From the NCBI GenBank assembly GCA_964035575.1, contig OZ037846.1, forward strand, positions 1,550,001-1,614,000: DNA of 64,000 nt, in the 5' to 3' direction. The DNA comes from Rhynchopus sp. YZ270_cl-10. Lineage: Eukaryota. The translations under genes were made by a program, and so were the position numbers. Positions 45,908 to 58,646 of this stretch are shown here, in pieces; within the stretch, counting starts at the first letter, position 1; every line of letters starts with the position of its first letter. The notes under the pieces are model-generated. The model searched no databases, was not told the origin of the DNA, and was given only the letters and a program-made list of their open reading frames with translations.

Positions 45908-48040
45908 ATGCGCTGTCTCGACAGTGCGCTGTCTCTTGACGGAACGCTAGACGCGCCAAGCATCCGCATCCGGAATCTCTTTCTAAGTCTTAATGTAGCT
46001 GCCTTCGTGGGGGTGCTGCTGGTGGCATCAGTGCAGCTAGCGAGCTTGCGCATGAAGTACCTATACTGGGTGGCTGCGTTCGTGCTTGTGTCGTCCACGC
46101 TGTCTGCAGTGCTCATGATTCTGTGCAAGTGCAAGCTGACCACGAACCGCATTCTGGTACTCTGCTCCGTGTACGGCGTGACGCTGTTGTCCGTCGATTT
46201 GAGTGCGCGCAGTGAGTACACTCTCCGCTGGCCGATGATGGTGCTGATGGTGGACTTTCTCCTCGTCATGCAGGTACCCACACGGTACAGCACAGCTGTC
46301 GTGGTGTGCACGCTGGTGTATCTTGCCGTCACCGCTGCTGAAGAAGTCTTCAGGTTTGGTCTGCTGGACATGCCAGGGCTTGTCTCCCAGGCGGACCGTC
46401 GTGAGTACGTAGACAGCTTGGGTGACTGCGCTGCCCTGCCTTGCAAGCAGAAGAAAGCGTTGTCCACCTTTGCGCTTGCGGCGTCTGTGTTTGTTGTCGA
46501 CTTCATCGCAACGCAAAGCTTTGCACGTGGTCTCCTCAAGGAGCAGGCACAAATGCAACGCACAGTCGCGACCGTGCAAATCATCGCGTCGCTCCTAGCT
46601 GGCTACGACGTGGAGCAGGTGGCGGAGCTGTTGAAGGTGCATGGGGGTGACCTGCCTGAGGGGATGACAGAGGCACTGCGTAACTTGGAGGAGAACCTGC
46701 GGAAGTACCGTCCCTACCTCCCTGCTGCGCTGTTTGAGGCTGAGGTGGATGAAGACGGTGTGCAGCAGCCGACTGTGGCACCGCCTGGGCTTGACAGCGA
46801 GACAGCAACAATTGTGTTCACAGACATCCGTGCGTCGACGTCGATCTGGGAGAACGCACCTGAGGGGATGCGTGCTGGACTGCAGATCCACAACGCTGTG
46901 ATGCGTGAGGTGATGCGGATGTGTGGTGGGTACGAGGTGAAGACCATTGGCGACGCATTCATGATTGCCTTTGCATCCACTTGCGACGGTGTGGCGTTTG
47001 GGTTGCGTGTGCAGGAACGTCTGTTTGAAGCAGACTGGCCTGCGTCTCTGCTTGAGGATGCACCAATCTGCTGTCGGCAGGGGTCGCTGTGGGGTGGTCT
47101 GACTGTGCGCATTGGTGTGAACACTGGCCCTGTGACTGTGGAGCAGAACACATTGACGGGACGGACAGACTACTTCGGACACACAGTGAACATTGCGTCA
47201 CGCCTTGAGAGCACATGCACACCTGGTGCTGTGGCTTTGCCCTCTGACTTGTGGACGTCTGTCTCTGGGTCGTGCAGTGCTGTTGCTGGTGTGCCAGAAG
47301 CAGTTCACTTGAAGGGTGTGTCTGGGAGCACGTTGGTGTGCTGTGTGTGGCCTGTCTCGCTTGGGGGACGAAGGGAGACACCACTTTGCGAGTTTTCTCC
47401 GCCCCCTAGGCGAGTCTCCAGTGCGAAGCTGGACAAGAGTCAGAATTTGCTTCAAACGATGAGGAGCAGATGTTCGTCGTTAGCTTCGGAGGGGTCTTCA
47501 CACTCACGATTGGAATACTCGACCCGCCAGGTCTCCGGCACTGTGGGAGTTGCACAGCTTGCAGTGGGCGACGTGACACACAACACAGCTTTCCCACACA
47601 TGAGCTCCGGACTCACAACACTGACGATCGCACTGGAGCAGAGTGGAGGGAGTCTGGTGACGCTGCTTGGGAACTGTGTGTGTGTTGGGTGGAACGTGTC
47701 GCGTTCTGCACCTGCACACATGGAGAACGCGATACGGTTTGTGCAGCGCATGTCTGTGAAGTCTGCACTGAACGGGGCTGGTCTTGCAAGCGGCCCTGTG
47801 CAGCACGGGGATGTTGGTGCACGGAGCCAGCGCTTTGTGACTGTGATGGGGGATGTTGTGCGTCGGAGTTGGGCGCTGTGCGAGGAGGCTGTGCGTTACG
47901 GGGTTGTGTGTCTGTACGAGCCTCCTGAAGGGACAACACTGCCGTCTGCACTTGAAGACGTTCTTGTCCAGCACAAGGGTTGTTACCGTGTCCTTGAGGC
48001 ACAAAGCAGCAAAGCTAGGGAATGCGACAACGTGTTTTAG
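45908..48040 (+). CDS. Multi-TM adenylate cyclase, copy 3 (divergent membrane region, near-identical cyclase region)
   Basis: ATG at 45908 (MRCLDSALSLDGTLD) aligns to MRCLEGVLSLDGTLD of copies 1/2; same catalytic motifs; TAG at 48038-48040. Confidence 0.92.
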   Translation: MRCLDSALSLDGTLDAPSIRIRNLFLSLNVAAFVGVLLVASVQLASLRMKYLYWVAAFVLVSSTLSAVLMILCKCKLTTNRILVLCSVYGVTLLSVDLSARSEYTLRWPMMVLMVDFLLVMQVPTRYSTAVVVCTLVYLAVTAAEEVFRFGLLDMPGLVSQADRREYVDSLGDCAALPCKQKKALSTFALAASVFVVDFIATQSFARGLLKEQAQMQRTVATVQIIASLLAGYDVEQVAELLKVHGGDLPEGMTEALRNLEENLRKYRPYLPAALFEAEVDEDGVQQPTVAPPGLDSETATIVFTDIRASTSIWENAPEGMRAGLQIHNAVMREVMRMCGGYEVKTIGDAFMIAFASTCDGVAFGLRVQERLFEADWPASLLEDAPICCRQGSLWGGLTVRIGVNTGPVTVEQNTLTGRTDYFGHTVNIASRLESTCTPGAVALPSDLWTSVSGSCSAVAGVPEAVHLKGVSGSTLVCCVWPVSLGGRRETPLCEFSPPPRRVSSAKLDKSQNLLQTMRSRCSSLASEGSSHSRLEYSTRQVSGTVGVAQLAVGDVTHNTAFPHMSSGLTTLTIALEQSGGSLVTLLGNCVCVGWNVSRSAPAHMENAIRFVQRMSVKSALNGAGLASGPVQHGDVGARSQRFVTVMGDVVRRSWALCEEAVRYGVVCLYEPPEGTTLPSALEDVLVQHKGCYRVLEAQSSKARECDNVF

Positions 48041-48872
48041 TCGTGCTTGCGACTACGGTATGTGCTAGGGTATATATGCTGGGCAGTGGCTTCCCCATGC
48101 TATGAAAGGTGTTTGCACTCAGAGCATGGAACAGCGACCAACAGTCAGGCCAGGGCTTGCTCTGCCACACCTTGTGGTTGCGGTGTGCCCTGTGAGGACG
48201 TGCCATGTAAATCACTACGACAGAGGCCCCACTGTTGCCACAGTATGGGACGCCACGAGAAAGATGTTGTGATTCTCCCCTCTGTTTTCTTTTCTCGACA
48301 ATCGTGCGCTAATCACGGAGTCACAGCTCAGCATCAGAAGGTGGGCCGGCTGACGAGCGGTACGTTGTAAGCAATTAGTTTTCCTTTTACACCTTCTGTT
48401 GCTGGCTGCAGGGTACTTTGTGCTTTTTCTCCAGATGGCTGGCATCGTACGTGGGTCAGTCTGAGGCACCCGCATCAACATGAACAAGATAAAACAAAAA
48501 AGCTTGCGTTTCTTTTATCGAACAGATTTTATTCACCGCCCCGTAATTGGAAACGTAATTGGAGAATTGGAAGCAAAATCCGTATTTCCCCTCTCTTCAC
48601 CCCAATCACACTCAAAAAAGGTTTTTTGTTATTCAATGGTGTTCCGGAGAGGGCCCATATTGACATGTCCTTGACATGTCCCCGACAGTGGGGGGTGTCA
48701 TTTTGTAATTTGCTTAAGAGTGGGTTTTGTTTTTGCCCGGGAAAATCACCCACTAAGGAAGGGGTAGTGCTCAAAACCGCCCGAAGTCTGGAAGTGGCCG
48801 TCTTCTGGGCTATGTAGGCATCATAGGTGGTGCCTACTAGTGGTCTGAGCACACGGAGTTGCGACAACTCGG

Positions 48873-49045
48873 CCATAGTACCATAGTACCATAGTACCAT
48901 AGTACCATAGTACCATAGTACCATAGTACCATAGTACCATAGTACCATAGTACCATAGTACCATAGTACCATAGTACCATAGTACCATAGTACCATAGTA
49001 CCATAGTACCATAGTACCATAGTACCATAGTACCATAGTACCATA
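48873..49045. repeat. (CCATAGTA)n microsatellite, ~21 copies
   Basis: Direct reading. Confidence 0.97.
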
Positions 49046-50829
49046 AGGTCGCCCAGAGCCCACCACGCGCACATTCTTGAGAAGCCGTTTATAGCTCTGT
49101 GCACTGAGCATTTTCCGTACTGCCAACACTGCCCCCAAACCTTTTTTTTTTGCCCCCACACTGGTACACCAGCTGCACAAACCCGGCCACAAACCCAGAT
49201 GTACTTTTTGTGTATTTTTTGTACTTTTTACGTACTTTTTGTACTATTGTACTATTGTACTTTTTACGTACTTTTTGAAATTGGACACGTACTCTGCCAA
49301 CACTGGGGTCCAGGGTTGAAAATCCCGGGCTTCCCCAGCTAGCAAAATTAATTCGAAGCCCGGGTTTGTACCCGGGCTTGGTTTTTTTGTGAAAATAATT
49401 ACACCGATTTTAGAAATTTTGTGTTTTTTGGCAGTAAATCAACTTCCGCTCCACTAATCTAATCGAGTAAAAATATGGTGGACTCAGCGGAGGTCAGTCC
49501 CGGCGGGGAAAATGCAGAAATCAGCACAATAGTGCCTTTGTGAGATGCTTAAATGCAAAAATGGACCCCATTTTTGGGTGTATTTTTTAGGGGTCCCACG
49601 GAGCACGTGATTTTGATGTGAAAATTTTTGTCAAAAAAAATGTGAAAAATTACTATGTCGAGCTTTTGTGTGAAATAAAGCCAATGCAGAAATTAAATAA
49701 AATTAAATAAAATTAAAATTAAATAAAATACTGGTGTAAGAAATTTTTCTGCAAACCCAGGGTTCAAAAGAGAATTCCGCCCACGAGGGGCTGGCTCGGT
49801 CAGCCCAAAAAAATAATTTCCCCCTCCGCAGGGGATATTATAGGTTTTGGGGGTTTTCGCTGAAACTCGGTCGAGCCGGGTCCCCAACCCAGCTCAAGTT
49901 GCCTCCGGCGGAATATGAAAATTCCTCGGTTATCTAATTCAGCACTTCATTGATAGCAATTCGTGCACCAGGCGCGAATTGTCAGTAGCCACAGTACATT
50001 TATAACAAAGAAAGGGCGGTCATGGCACCCAAAGAGAAGCCACGGTACGCACCATTTCAAAAAATTGAGCTTAAAATTGCACATTTTTACAGCCAAATTA
50101 TGTGATGGGAAGGGTGGGTTGCAATCTTGCGCCGCAGGCGCACGGTACGCTACTTTTATTATTTCGCCATGATGCATGCTTCCTTTTCCTTCGGCGTTTG
50201 ACCAATTCAGTCGCGCTCTGGGTGTGGGTAACCCTTGAGTATAGACGTGTGTGTTTTCTTTACTGACTTTGTTGTTTTCTGTCAACAGAGCTTCGTTTCG
50301 GCGACTGACTACCCCGGGCTGCACCCTGAGGCTACACCCCCCGGAGTGGGGTGGGGCAGCCCACCCCAGAAAAGTTAAAACCCGGGGAAAACCCAGGCTT
50401 AAGCCCGGGTAAACCCGGCCTTCAAACCCGGGCTTGCTCTGCGCAAAATTAATTAAGCCCGGGTTTTCCCGGGCTTACTGCCCAAGATTTTCACCGCTGC
50501 ACACACGCACACAATGTCCCCGGGGGTCTGAAATTCCAGAAAACGCGGACATTTTGGGGGTTTTTTTTCCTCGAAAATTTTCTTCACTGGGGTTGTACAC
50601 GATTTTGACCAAAATTTATAAAAACTCGTCCATTTGGAGGTACCCTAACTGTTCGGTCCAATTCGGTGTAATTCGGTCCATTTCGTTTTTTTTTTTTTTT
50701 CGCAAAGGGAAATTTCCCCTTGTCCACCTGATTTTTACCCCGCGTATAGGCTCGTATAGGCGCGTATAGGCGCGTAAAGGCGCGTATAGGTCCGTAAAGG
50801 CACATCCCCACCCATTTTCCCTCTATACG

Positions 50830-52460
50830 TGTACATATCCCCCACAACCCGCCAAAGCCACTCTTTTCCCTCTCCCTGGGACACCTTCGGCACCGCTTTG
50901 TTCGGGCATCACCACTGCGCCAAGCGGAGGATGAGGAGGTCGCTTTCTGGGACGACGAGATCGTAGGAGACGACGACTGGGCATGGGGGCTGTGTGACGA
51001 CTGGGATTTCTTTGAGGAATACTTCCCTCACAACCAGTTGTGGTGGATGCGTTGATGCCACTTCGTCCGCAGAGTACGGGGATCAGGCACATGAGGTCGA
51101 CAAAGTTCTGGCGGAAGTCCGAGCCCACCGTGGCACACCCTCACACATGACTGCAGCCTAGCGGCCATCCACCCCTCGGGGTGAAGGACCGTTTGGCTGC
51201 AGTCATGTGCTAGGCGCTCCTCTCCACCGTCCTACCCACCGACTGGACGATGACGAAGAGACGTAATGCAAGGTGGTCTTACTTTGCAGTGCCTTTGATG
51301 CCAATCAATCCACCGAGAGAGCGCATCGCCAGGCTGGCCCTCATGACACCTTCATGAGGGCTACCTTGGCACAGCGAAGAAAGTTGCGATCGATCGATGA
51401 GCCTCGCCTTTTGCCAGTGATGACAGCACCTTCGCCAGGGCAGCAAGCGTGCCAGGGGTGTGCTTTTGGTTGCACAACACACAAGGTGCGGAGGAGTGAA
51501 TCTGTCAGGTTTGACGGGCCACCAGTAGTGGCTCGCGGCATGCTGGTGATTGCTGCCATGACCTCTTTGGTGGTGAAGTCGGCGGGGCCAGAGGGGTTCT
51601 TCATGTCCCCATGCACAGAAGGTAGGGGCGCCGTAGGGTGCTTGCCCTTAAGCTTGGCAAACGTTGCAGGTCTATACGGGGCGAGACCATCGCTGGTGAG
51701 GGAAGTCAAGGCCTGGCGTGGGAGTCCCGCTGCCACCTTCACTCGAGAGCGCTTCTGGCGCGCATCCAAAGTATCCCCGGTGTCCACTTCGGCTGGTCCT
51801 GTATCCCATCCAGAGCGTTGGATTCTTAAATCCGAAGGAGAAGATGTGGTCCAGGACATACTCATTTTCCGCGCGTGGATCCTCAGGTGGCCAAGGAGGC
51901 CCCGGGTTCAGCGTCGCTTTATCAAGTCCGACGACACATCATTTGTTCCTCTGGTAAGTCCACCTTCCCCACCGGCCGAATCGCCTCGTAGTGGTGGCCG
52001 CATAACGCCATTGCCACCGTCGTACGACGAAGCAGCTCTTTCGCCCGAAGATCAGCGTTGCTGATGTTCGCACCTGGCAATCAGGATGACCGACGACATG
52101 ACGTGCGCCGATTGCAGTAGAGGACGCGACACGCCGTCTGATTGGCAATATCTTGGCGAACAAGTTATGGAAGCGAGCTGCCGAAATTTTCCGCAAAGGG
52201 AACCACGTTGGGGTGTCGATGACAAGGGTCTCTGAGGCGGCCACTGCACCCGGCCCAGTGTTTAGCAGTCCATTCAATGATTTTGTTAAATCGTTGAATG
52301 GTAGTGTTGTACTCCTTCCTTCGCGAAGCGTCGGACTTATCCACGCACTTCGTTGGTGAAGGAGTACTTGCAGCAGAATCCCCATACGTGCTACTCTGAC
52401 TTGTATAAGAAGCAACCAAACGGGTACCTTCCTCTATGCAACGGTTGCAACAACCCCGGT
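50830..52460 (-). mobile_element. Decayed non-LTR retrotransposon remnant, CRE/SLACS-like pre-RT region
   Basis: Minus-strand RQALTSLTSDGLAP...TFAKLKGKHP...FTTKEVMAAITSMPRATTGGPSNL resembles the L..KHP / SAPGPSG region preceding CRE-clade RT; RT core not visible; frameshifts. Confidence 0.55.
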
Positions 52461-52633
52461 GTGAGAAAGAGGGATATCCATTTTGTCGATTTTAGGGGTG
52501 TTGCGAGCGTGTGACATTCTGTCCCTCCGGAAGGGGATTCTGAAGATGTGCGTGAAGTTTCAGGGTTTGGGCACCCACTCCCAACATTTTTACGTTACCC
52601 CAACCCTCACCCACAAAATTTCCCCCACTAGAA

Positions 52634-53385
52634 CAGGGCGCGCGCTAACTTTTCGGAAATTTCCCGAAAAAATGGATATCGGGTCCAAAAAAATGTACCT
52701 ACAGGAAGTATGTGAAGGGGGGCAGAAAAATCAGGGTCATGTTACATTTCCGAGAAAATCCCGGGCTGTGGTGGGGGATATACGGAAAAATGGACAAAAT
52801 TTTGGTGACTTAAATTTTCACAAAATATGAACCCATACTCGTAAACAAGGGTCATTTTCAGGTCTTTCGGACAGCCAGTACACAGTACACAGTACACAGT
52901 ACACAGTACACAGTACACAGTACACAGTACACAGTACACAGTACACAGTACACAGTACACAGTACACAGTACACAGTACACAGTACACAGTACACAGTAC
53001 ACAGTACACAGTACACAGTACCGTGACTTCACCGGCCAACATCGGAAAACACCGGCAAACCCGCAAACCCGAAACATGGTCAAAATCAGGTGGAATATAC
53101 ATAAGTACATCATGGGGGGGTAGGGAACAGGTAGCGCCGCAGGCGCACGGTACCCAACTTTTTTCTTTTTTCTTTCCCCTTTTCTCTGCTTTCTTTTGAT
53201 TGCGCGAGCCGATTGCTCTCCACGGTGGGGTCACATGTGTGTCCAAAAACTATCTGAAGTGCCCTTACTGTACAATATGGGATTCTCTGATTTTCTAAAG
53301 GAAATCGTGTAATCAAAAAATTTTTGTACCGCGAAAAAACCTCGAAAAAACCGGGTGTGAGGGTGTGGATTTAGCGCGCGCCCTG
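52634..53385. mobile_element. hAT-type element containing a (CAGTACA)n tract at 52876-53021
   Basis: TIR CAGGGCGCGCGCTAA; 8-bp TSD CACTAGAA (52626-52633, 53386-53393). Confidence 0.85.
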
Positions 53386-54786
53386 CACTAGAACCCACCC
53401 AAAAAAAATTTTTTTTCTGGATTTTCGGCCCCGCGTATAGGCGCGTATAGGCGCGTAAAGGCGCGTAAAGGGCCGTATAGGCCCGTACAGGCTGCGTAGA
53501 GGCCGTATAGGCCCGAATCCCGTTTTTTTTTTTGGGGCAAAATCAGGTGGCTTGTACCAGAAAAACCGAAAAAAACGAAATGAAAACCGAAAAAAACCGA
53601 AATGTTAGGGTACCTTTTTTGGTCGATTTCGTTTTTTTTCCAAAGGGGGGAATTTTTTTTTTTTTTTTCACAAGTGTTTTTGAGGCCTGCTCAATACACC
53701 CTAGGCACCCTTCTGAGACCAAAAAGTCAAAAAAAGCATGAATTGGGCTGTTTTGAGCATCTAGAGTTTATTCCCCAGCCATTTTCTGTACCACCAGTGC
53801 ACTTTGTATGGGCCAGCGCCTTGTCGAAAAATCGAAAAATCTCAAAAAAAAAAATTTTTTTTTTCGGGAAAATTTCGACCACTGAGGTGGGTCTTTGGGC
53901 ACCAAAAAATGCAAAAAAATGCAAGAATCGGGTGTTTTGACCATCTGTGGTTACACAAAACACACTTCTGTGTACAAGCCTACACCAATACAGTGGTAAT
54001 ACAAGGCGATTTTTGACCAAAAAAAAATTTTTTTTTTCGCCCAAAATCGGGCGTGGTACGTCATAAAATGGCCCAAAAAATCCAAGGAAAACCTTCGATT
54101 GGGCAAATTATGAAAAAAATTTTCAAGTCAAATTTTCAACCAAAATACGGTCATTTTGTTCACACAGTGATTCTACGTCATGCTAGCTTCCTGTGCAGAA
54201 CTCCAGCAATTCACCAATGCCGGCATCTATCTTTCCATTATCGCCATTGCACTTCGGTCATTTTGTGCATACCCTGTGACTGTGGTGGCTAGAGAACACG
54301 CACATACAGACCCGTTCCTTGCAATTTCCAGTGTTGTGTTTATCAATGCATGCATCCAGAGGACCTCTGGTTTACGAAATCGTAGGCACTCCTGTGCAAA
54401 AATGAAGTCGGTTTTTGACCCAAAATCGGGGTGGGTGGGCCATAATTTGCTCCAAATTTGGCCGAAAATTGGGATTTTTCTGAAAATTTTCATTGTGCCC
54501 AGCAAAAATCCTTGATTTTTTGAAGAATTTTCCAAAAAATATGCTATACCCCCTATGACTGGACCCAACTCCCCTCACCCTTTTTTTCCCCTAAAAAAGC
54601 CCCCAAAATTCCTACCATTTTTACCATTTTTACCATTTTTGACCAATTTAGGGTACCTCCATAAAAATTCGAATAGGTGATTTTAATTTGCGTGTTACAT
54701 AAAGTTCTAGTGGGGGCTCTGTTGGAAAAGGGTAACTTATTTGTTGTGCAATCCATTAATGCTGTTTTTCCTGTACAAAAATACAG

Positions 54787-55084
54787 CAGGCACTCCGCTA
54801 GGTACTAAAGTTCTGTTGATTGTCAACAGAACTTTTTGAAAATGGGGGAAAAAAAAAAAAAAAAAAAAGTTCTGCTGAGTGGTTCAGACCCGTTCTACCT
54901 GTCAAAAAAGCTCAGGAGAAGAAGATATGGAGAGGTGAGTGCTCAAACGTCCCAAAAAAGTCAAAATCGGGCGTTGGTAAAAAAAAAAGTTGCGTACCGT
55001 GCGCCTGCGGCGCAAGCATGTACCCCACCAACGTGGACCATCAACAGAATATTTTCAAAATCGGGAATCCTAGCGGAGAGCCTG
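54787..55084 (+). mobile_element. hAT MITE, 16677 family
   Basis: TSD AAATACAG (54779-54786, 55085-55092). Confidence 0.9.
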
Positions 55085-55128
55085 AAATACAGTGAAAAAA
55101 AAAAAAAAAAAAAAAATCACGCCACTGG

Positions 55129-55828
55129 CAGGGTCCTCAAGGGGGTGCAAAAAAAAATTTTTGCACCCAAAAAAAAAAAAAAGAAAAATCGGGGGGGTGC
55201 AAAAAATATTTTTGCACCCCCCAAAAAAAAAAAAAAGTTTTTTTGGGACGAAAAAAAATTTTTGAGGGGGGATTTCAGGCTTCAGCAGGGATTCTCTGGC
55301 TTTTCGTCAGTACCACAACGGACATAGCCAAGCACCACTCGGTGGCTGTCACACTCACAATGTGTGAAAGTGGTGCCAGGGATGCTCCCTGCGATTGTCG
55401 CCACCTATAGCAGTTCCAGGAAAGCAAGCGAAGTGATTACGTGGAAGTGTATTTCGTTTTATGCATGGGTACTGAGTGTAATTTTCCGCTCGCTGCGCTC
55501 GCGGAGGTACACCTTAAAATTTTTTTCCGCTCGCTTCGCTCGCGGAAAGACACCCCAATGTGAAATAAAAAAACGGGCGCGGGAAAATTTTTTTGAGCCA
55601 ACCACGATTTCACAAAAACCCAAAAAATAGCGTCAGGCCCTGGTTTCCCCATTTTCCCGTGAATTTTCACGCCTCTCCCAACTTTGTCAGGGAGGAGCGC
55701 GCGCGAAGCGCGCGCGACGACCGCTTGTGTGGGGAGAAAGCTCGGAATGGACTTTTCTGAAGGGTTTTGTACAGAAAAATTTTTGCACCCCTAAAATTCC
55801 CACAGGGGGGTGCAGGCTGAGGACCCTG
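55129..55828. mobile_element. hAT-type non-autonomous element
   Basis: TIR CAGGGTCCTCA; TSD GCCACTGG (55121-55128, 55829-55836). Confidence 0.85.
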
Positions 55829-58646
55829 GCCACTGGCGTGAAAAAAAAAAAAAAAAAAAAATCACGCTCCTACGTATTTTCCCACAGAAAATAAAAACAC
55901 AAGTGAAAAAAAGTGAAAATACAGTAGTTTTATTTCCGCAGAGACAAATTATCGACAATTAAAATTACCCTTTTCCAACGGAGCCCCACTAGAACTTTAT
56001 TTAACAAGTGAATTAAAAGCATGAATTGGGCTGTTTTGAGCCTCTAGAGTTAATTCCCCAGCCATTTTCTGTACCACCAGTGCACTTTGTATGGGCCAGC
56101 GCCTTGTCGAAAAATCAAAAAATCTCAAAAAAAAAAAAATTTTTTTTTTTTCACAAGTGTTTTTGAGGCCTGCTCACTACACCCTAGGCACCCTTCTGGG
56201 ACCAAAAAAGCAAAAAAAGCAAGAATTGGGCTGTTTTGAGCATCTAGAGTTTATTCCCCAGCCATTTTCTGTACCACCAGTGCACTTTGTATGGGCCAGC
56301 GCCTTGTCGAAAAATCAAAAAATCTCAAAAAAAAAAAAAAAATTTTTTTTTCGGGAAAATTTCGACCACTGAGGTGGGTCTTTGGGCACCAAAAAATGCA
56401 AAAAAATGCAAAAATCGGGTGTTTTGACCATCTGTGGTTACACAAAACACACTTCTGTGTACAAGCCTACACCAATACAGTGGTAATACAAAGCAATTTT
56501 TGACCAAAAAAAAATTTTTTTTTTCGCCCAAAATCGGGCGTGGTACGTCATAAAATGGCCCAAAAAATCCAAGGAAAACCTTCGATTGGGCAAATTATGA
56601 AAAAAATTTTCAAGTCAAATTTTCAACCAAAATACGGTCATTTTGTTCACACAGTGATTCTACGTCATGCTAGCTTCCTGTGCAGAACTCCAGCAATTCA
56701 CCAATGCCGGCATCTATCTTTCCATTATCGCCATTGCACTTCGTGTGTTACCAACGTGCTCAAGAAATGACGTGCTGTCACACTCCAACCAGAGTATCGA
56801 ACCCGTACGCACATAACGAAGATACACGAGCTCACCCAAAGGCGGAGGGTCTAGCCGAAGGCGGACGAGTTAGCCCAATCCGGACGAGCGAGCCTCAATC
56901 TAGACGAGCGAGCCTCATAAAGCACACCAGCTCCAATCTGACGGGGAACTTCGAGCCTCTAAGCCCAGAGAAAGAACCTGGCCACCGGAGGGCCCTAACG
57001 GCCCGACGAGGAGGCGCCCCATAGGGCGCTGGGGCCAAGGGACTTAAGTCGCCCTAACGCTTCGCTAAGTACCTGGAAAAATCCCTAAGGAAAAAAGTGG
57101 AAAAAAAGTGTCTCAAAATTGACATCTATTTTTTGACCTTTTTGCTGGGTAGGTTTGGGTCGGTCCAACCTGACCCTACTGAGTCGGTTTAAGTCGGATT
57201 GGTAGCCTTGTCCCCTATCATCTCCCCTCTTCCCCCTTTTAATACAAGGGCAGTCTCGTGACTATGTAACCTACAAAACCACCATTTAAGCACCTCAGTA
57301 TCATACCCCATCTAAGCACCCTCAACCCTCATCCACACAGATTCGCCTCCTTAAACCTGCAAACCTGCAAACTTGCAAACCTGCAAACCTTCTAACACCT
57401 CAGAGGGCAAGGCCCGCAAACCCTTATTCCAATGGAAGAATTTTTCAAAAATTCTCTATACTTCCTATGACTGGACCCAACTCCCCTCACTATTTTTCCC
57501 TAAAAAACGCCAAAAAACGCCCAAAAAATTCTGCCAAAAATATCAAAAATATCAAAAATGCGCATTTTTGCCGTGCCTCCGCAGGCAAATTTTTTTTAAG
57601 GTGCAGCCCTGGACGGTGCATACAGGCTCGGGAAAATATTGGCTCCCTCGGGGGAGACAAAGTGACCCCCCACTATAAAACCCCTAGGAGGATAATCCTC
57701 CACCCGAGCCCGCCAAAAAAAAAAAAAAAAATGGAGGAAATCCTCCACCAAAAAAGCCTAAAAAAAAAAAAAAAAGCCCCTGGAGGAAATATCCTCCCCT
57801 ACGTGGAGGATCTTGAGAGCACTGCCCAAAATCCTGCACCGTCCAGGGCTGTACCCCCAACTTTTTTTGCTTGCGGCGCCATTATTCCTTCTTTGCTCTG
57901 CAAAAGGGTTCGTTGGAAGCTACATTTTTACACTGTACCCTAAATTTTTTGCCTGCGGCGCCATTTATATTATTTTTGCTCCGCAAAAAGAGAAGTGCAA
58001 ACGCCTCGCACTTCATTGGCATGCACACGGTTACCACGGAGGGTGAATGCAGGTACAAAATCACTGCCCCATCCAAATAATATTCCCAACGTATTTGGGG
58101 ATCCCCTTGCATTTTGCAGCCAAAAATGCAACTAGACCAAACCTGCAAAAAGTTCCGCGCGCGTGTAGCGCGCCTGGGTTTGAGACCCCTTTTTGAATTT
58201 CGAGGGGCGGTTAAAGTGGGCCCAGAATCACAGTTCTGACACTCATTTAGCATTGTGAGCAACTCACTAGTGGTAGTGGTAAATACCAAAACCGAGAACA
58301 AGGAACAACCCTGCCCAGAGGGCAAAACGACATTTTTTTTTTTTTTTTTTTTTGAAAACTTGGAAAAATCACGTGTCGCAACAGAATATATCCACGCCAC
58401 GCCCACCCTCCGCCCAGCTTACTTCCATTTCGCGGTCTACGTTGAGATGAGATGTCCTACTCCCGCTACCGCTCGTCAGTCAACGAAACGGGTATAATTA
58501 GAACACAAGGGAGCAAATCCTTGTGCGAAGTAAGTGACTCGGGGGGGTTTTTTTTTGTGTATTTCTTTTTCTTCTGCCTATCACTAGGTTGTACACCCCA
58601 ACACCGCAGGCTAGTCTACACTACACTACACTCGAACCTTGCAGAG

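Noticed and set aside
51273..52064. 263-aa plus-strand ORF as a host gene
   Set aside because: No recognisable motifs; the minus strand carries the retroelement-like peptide.
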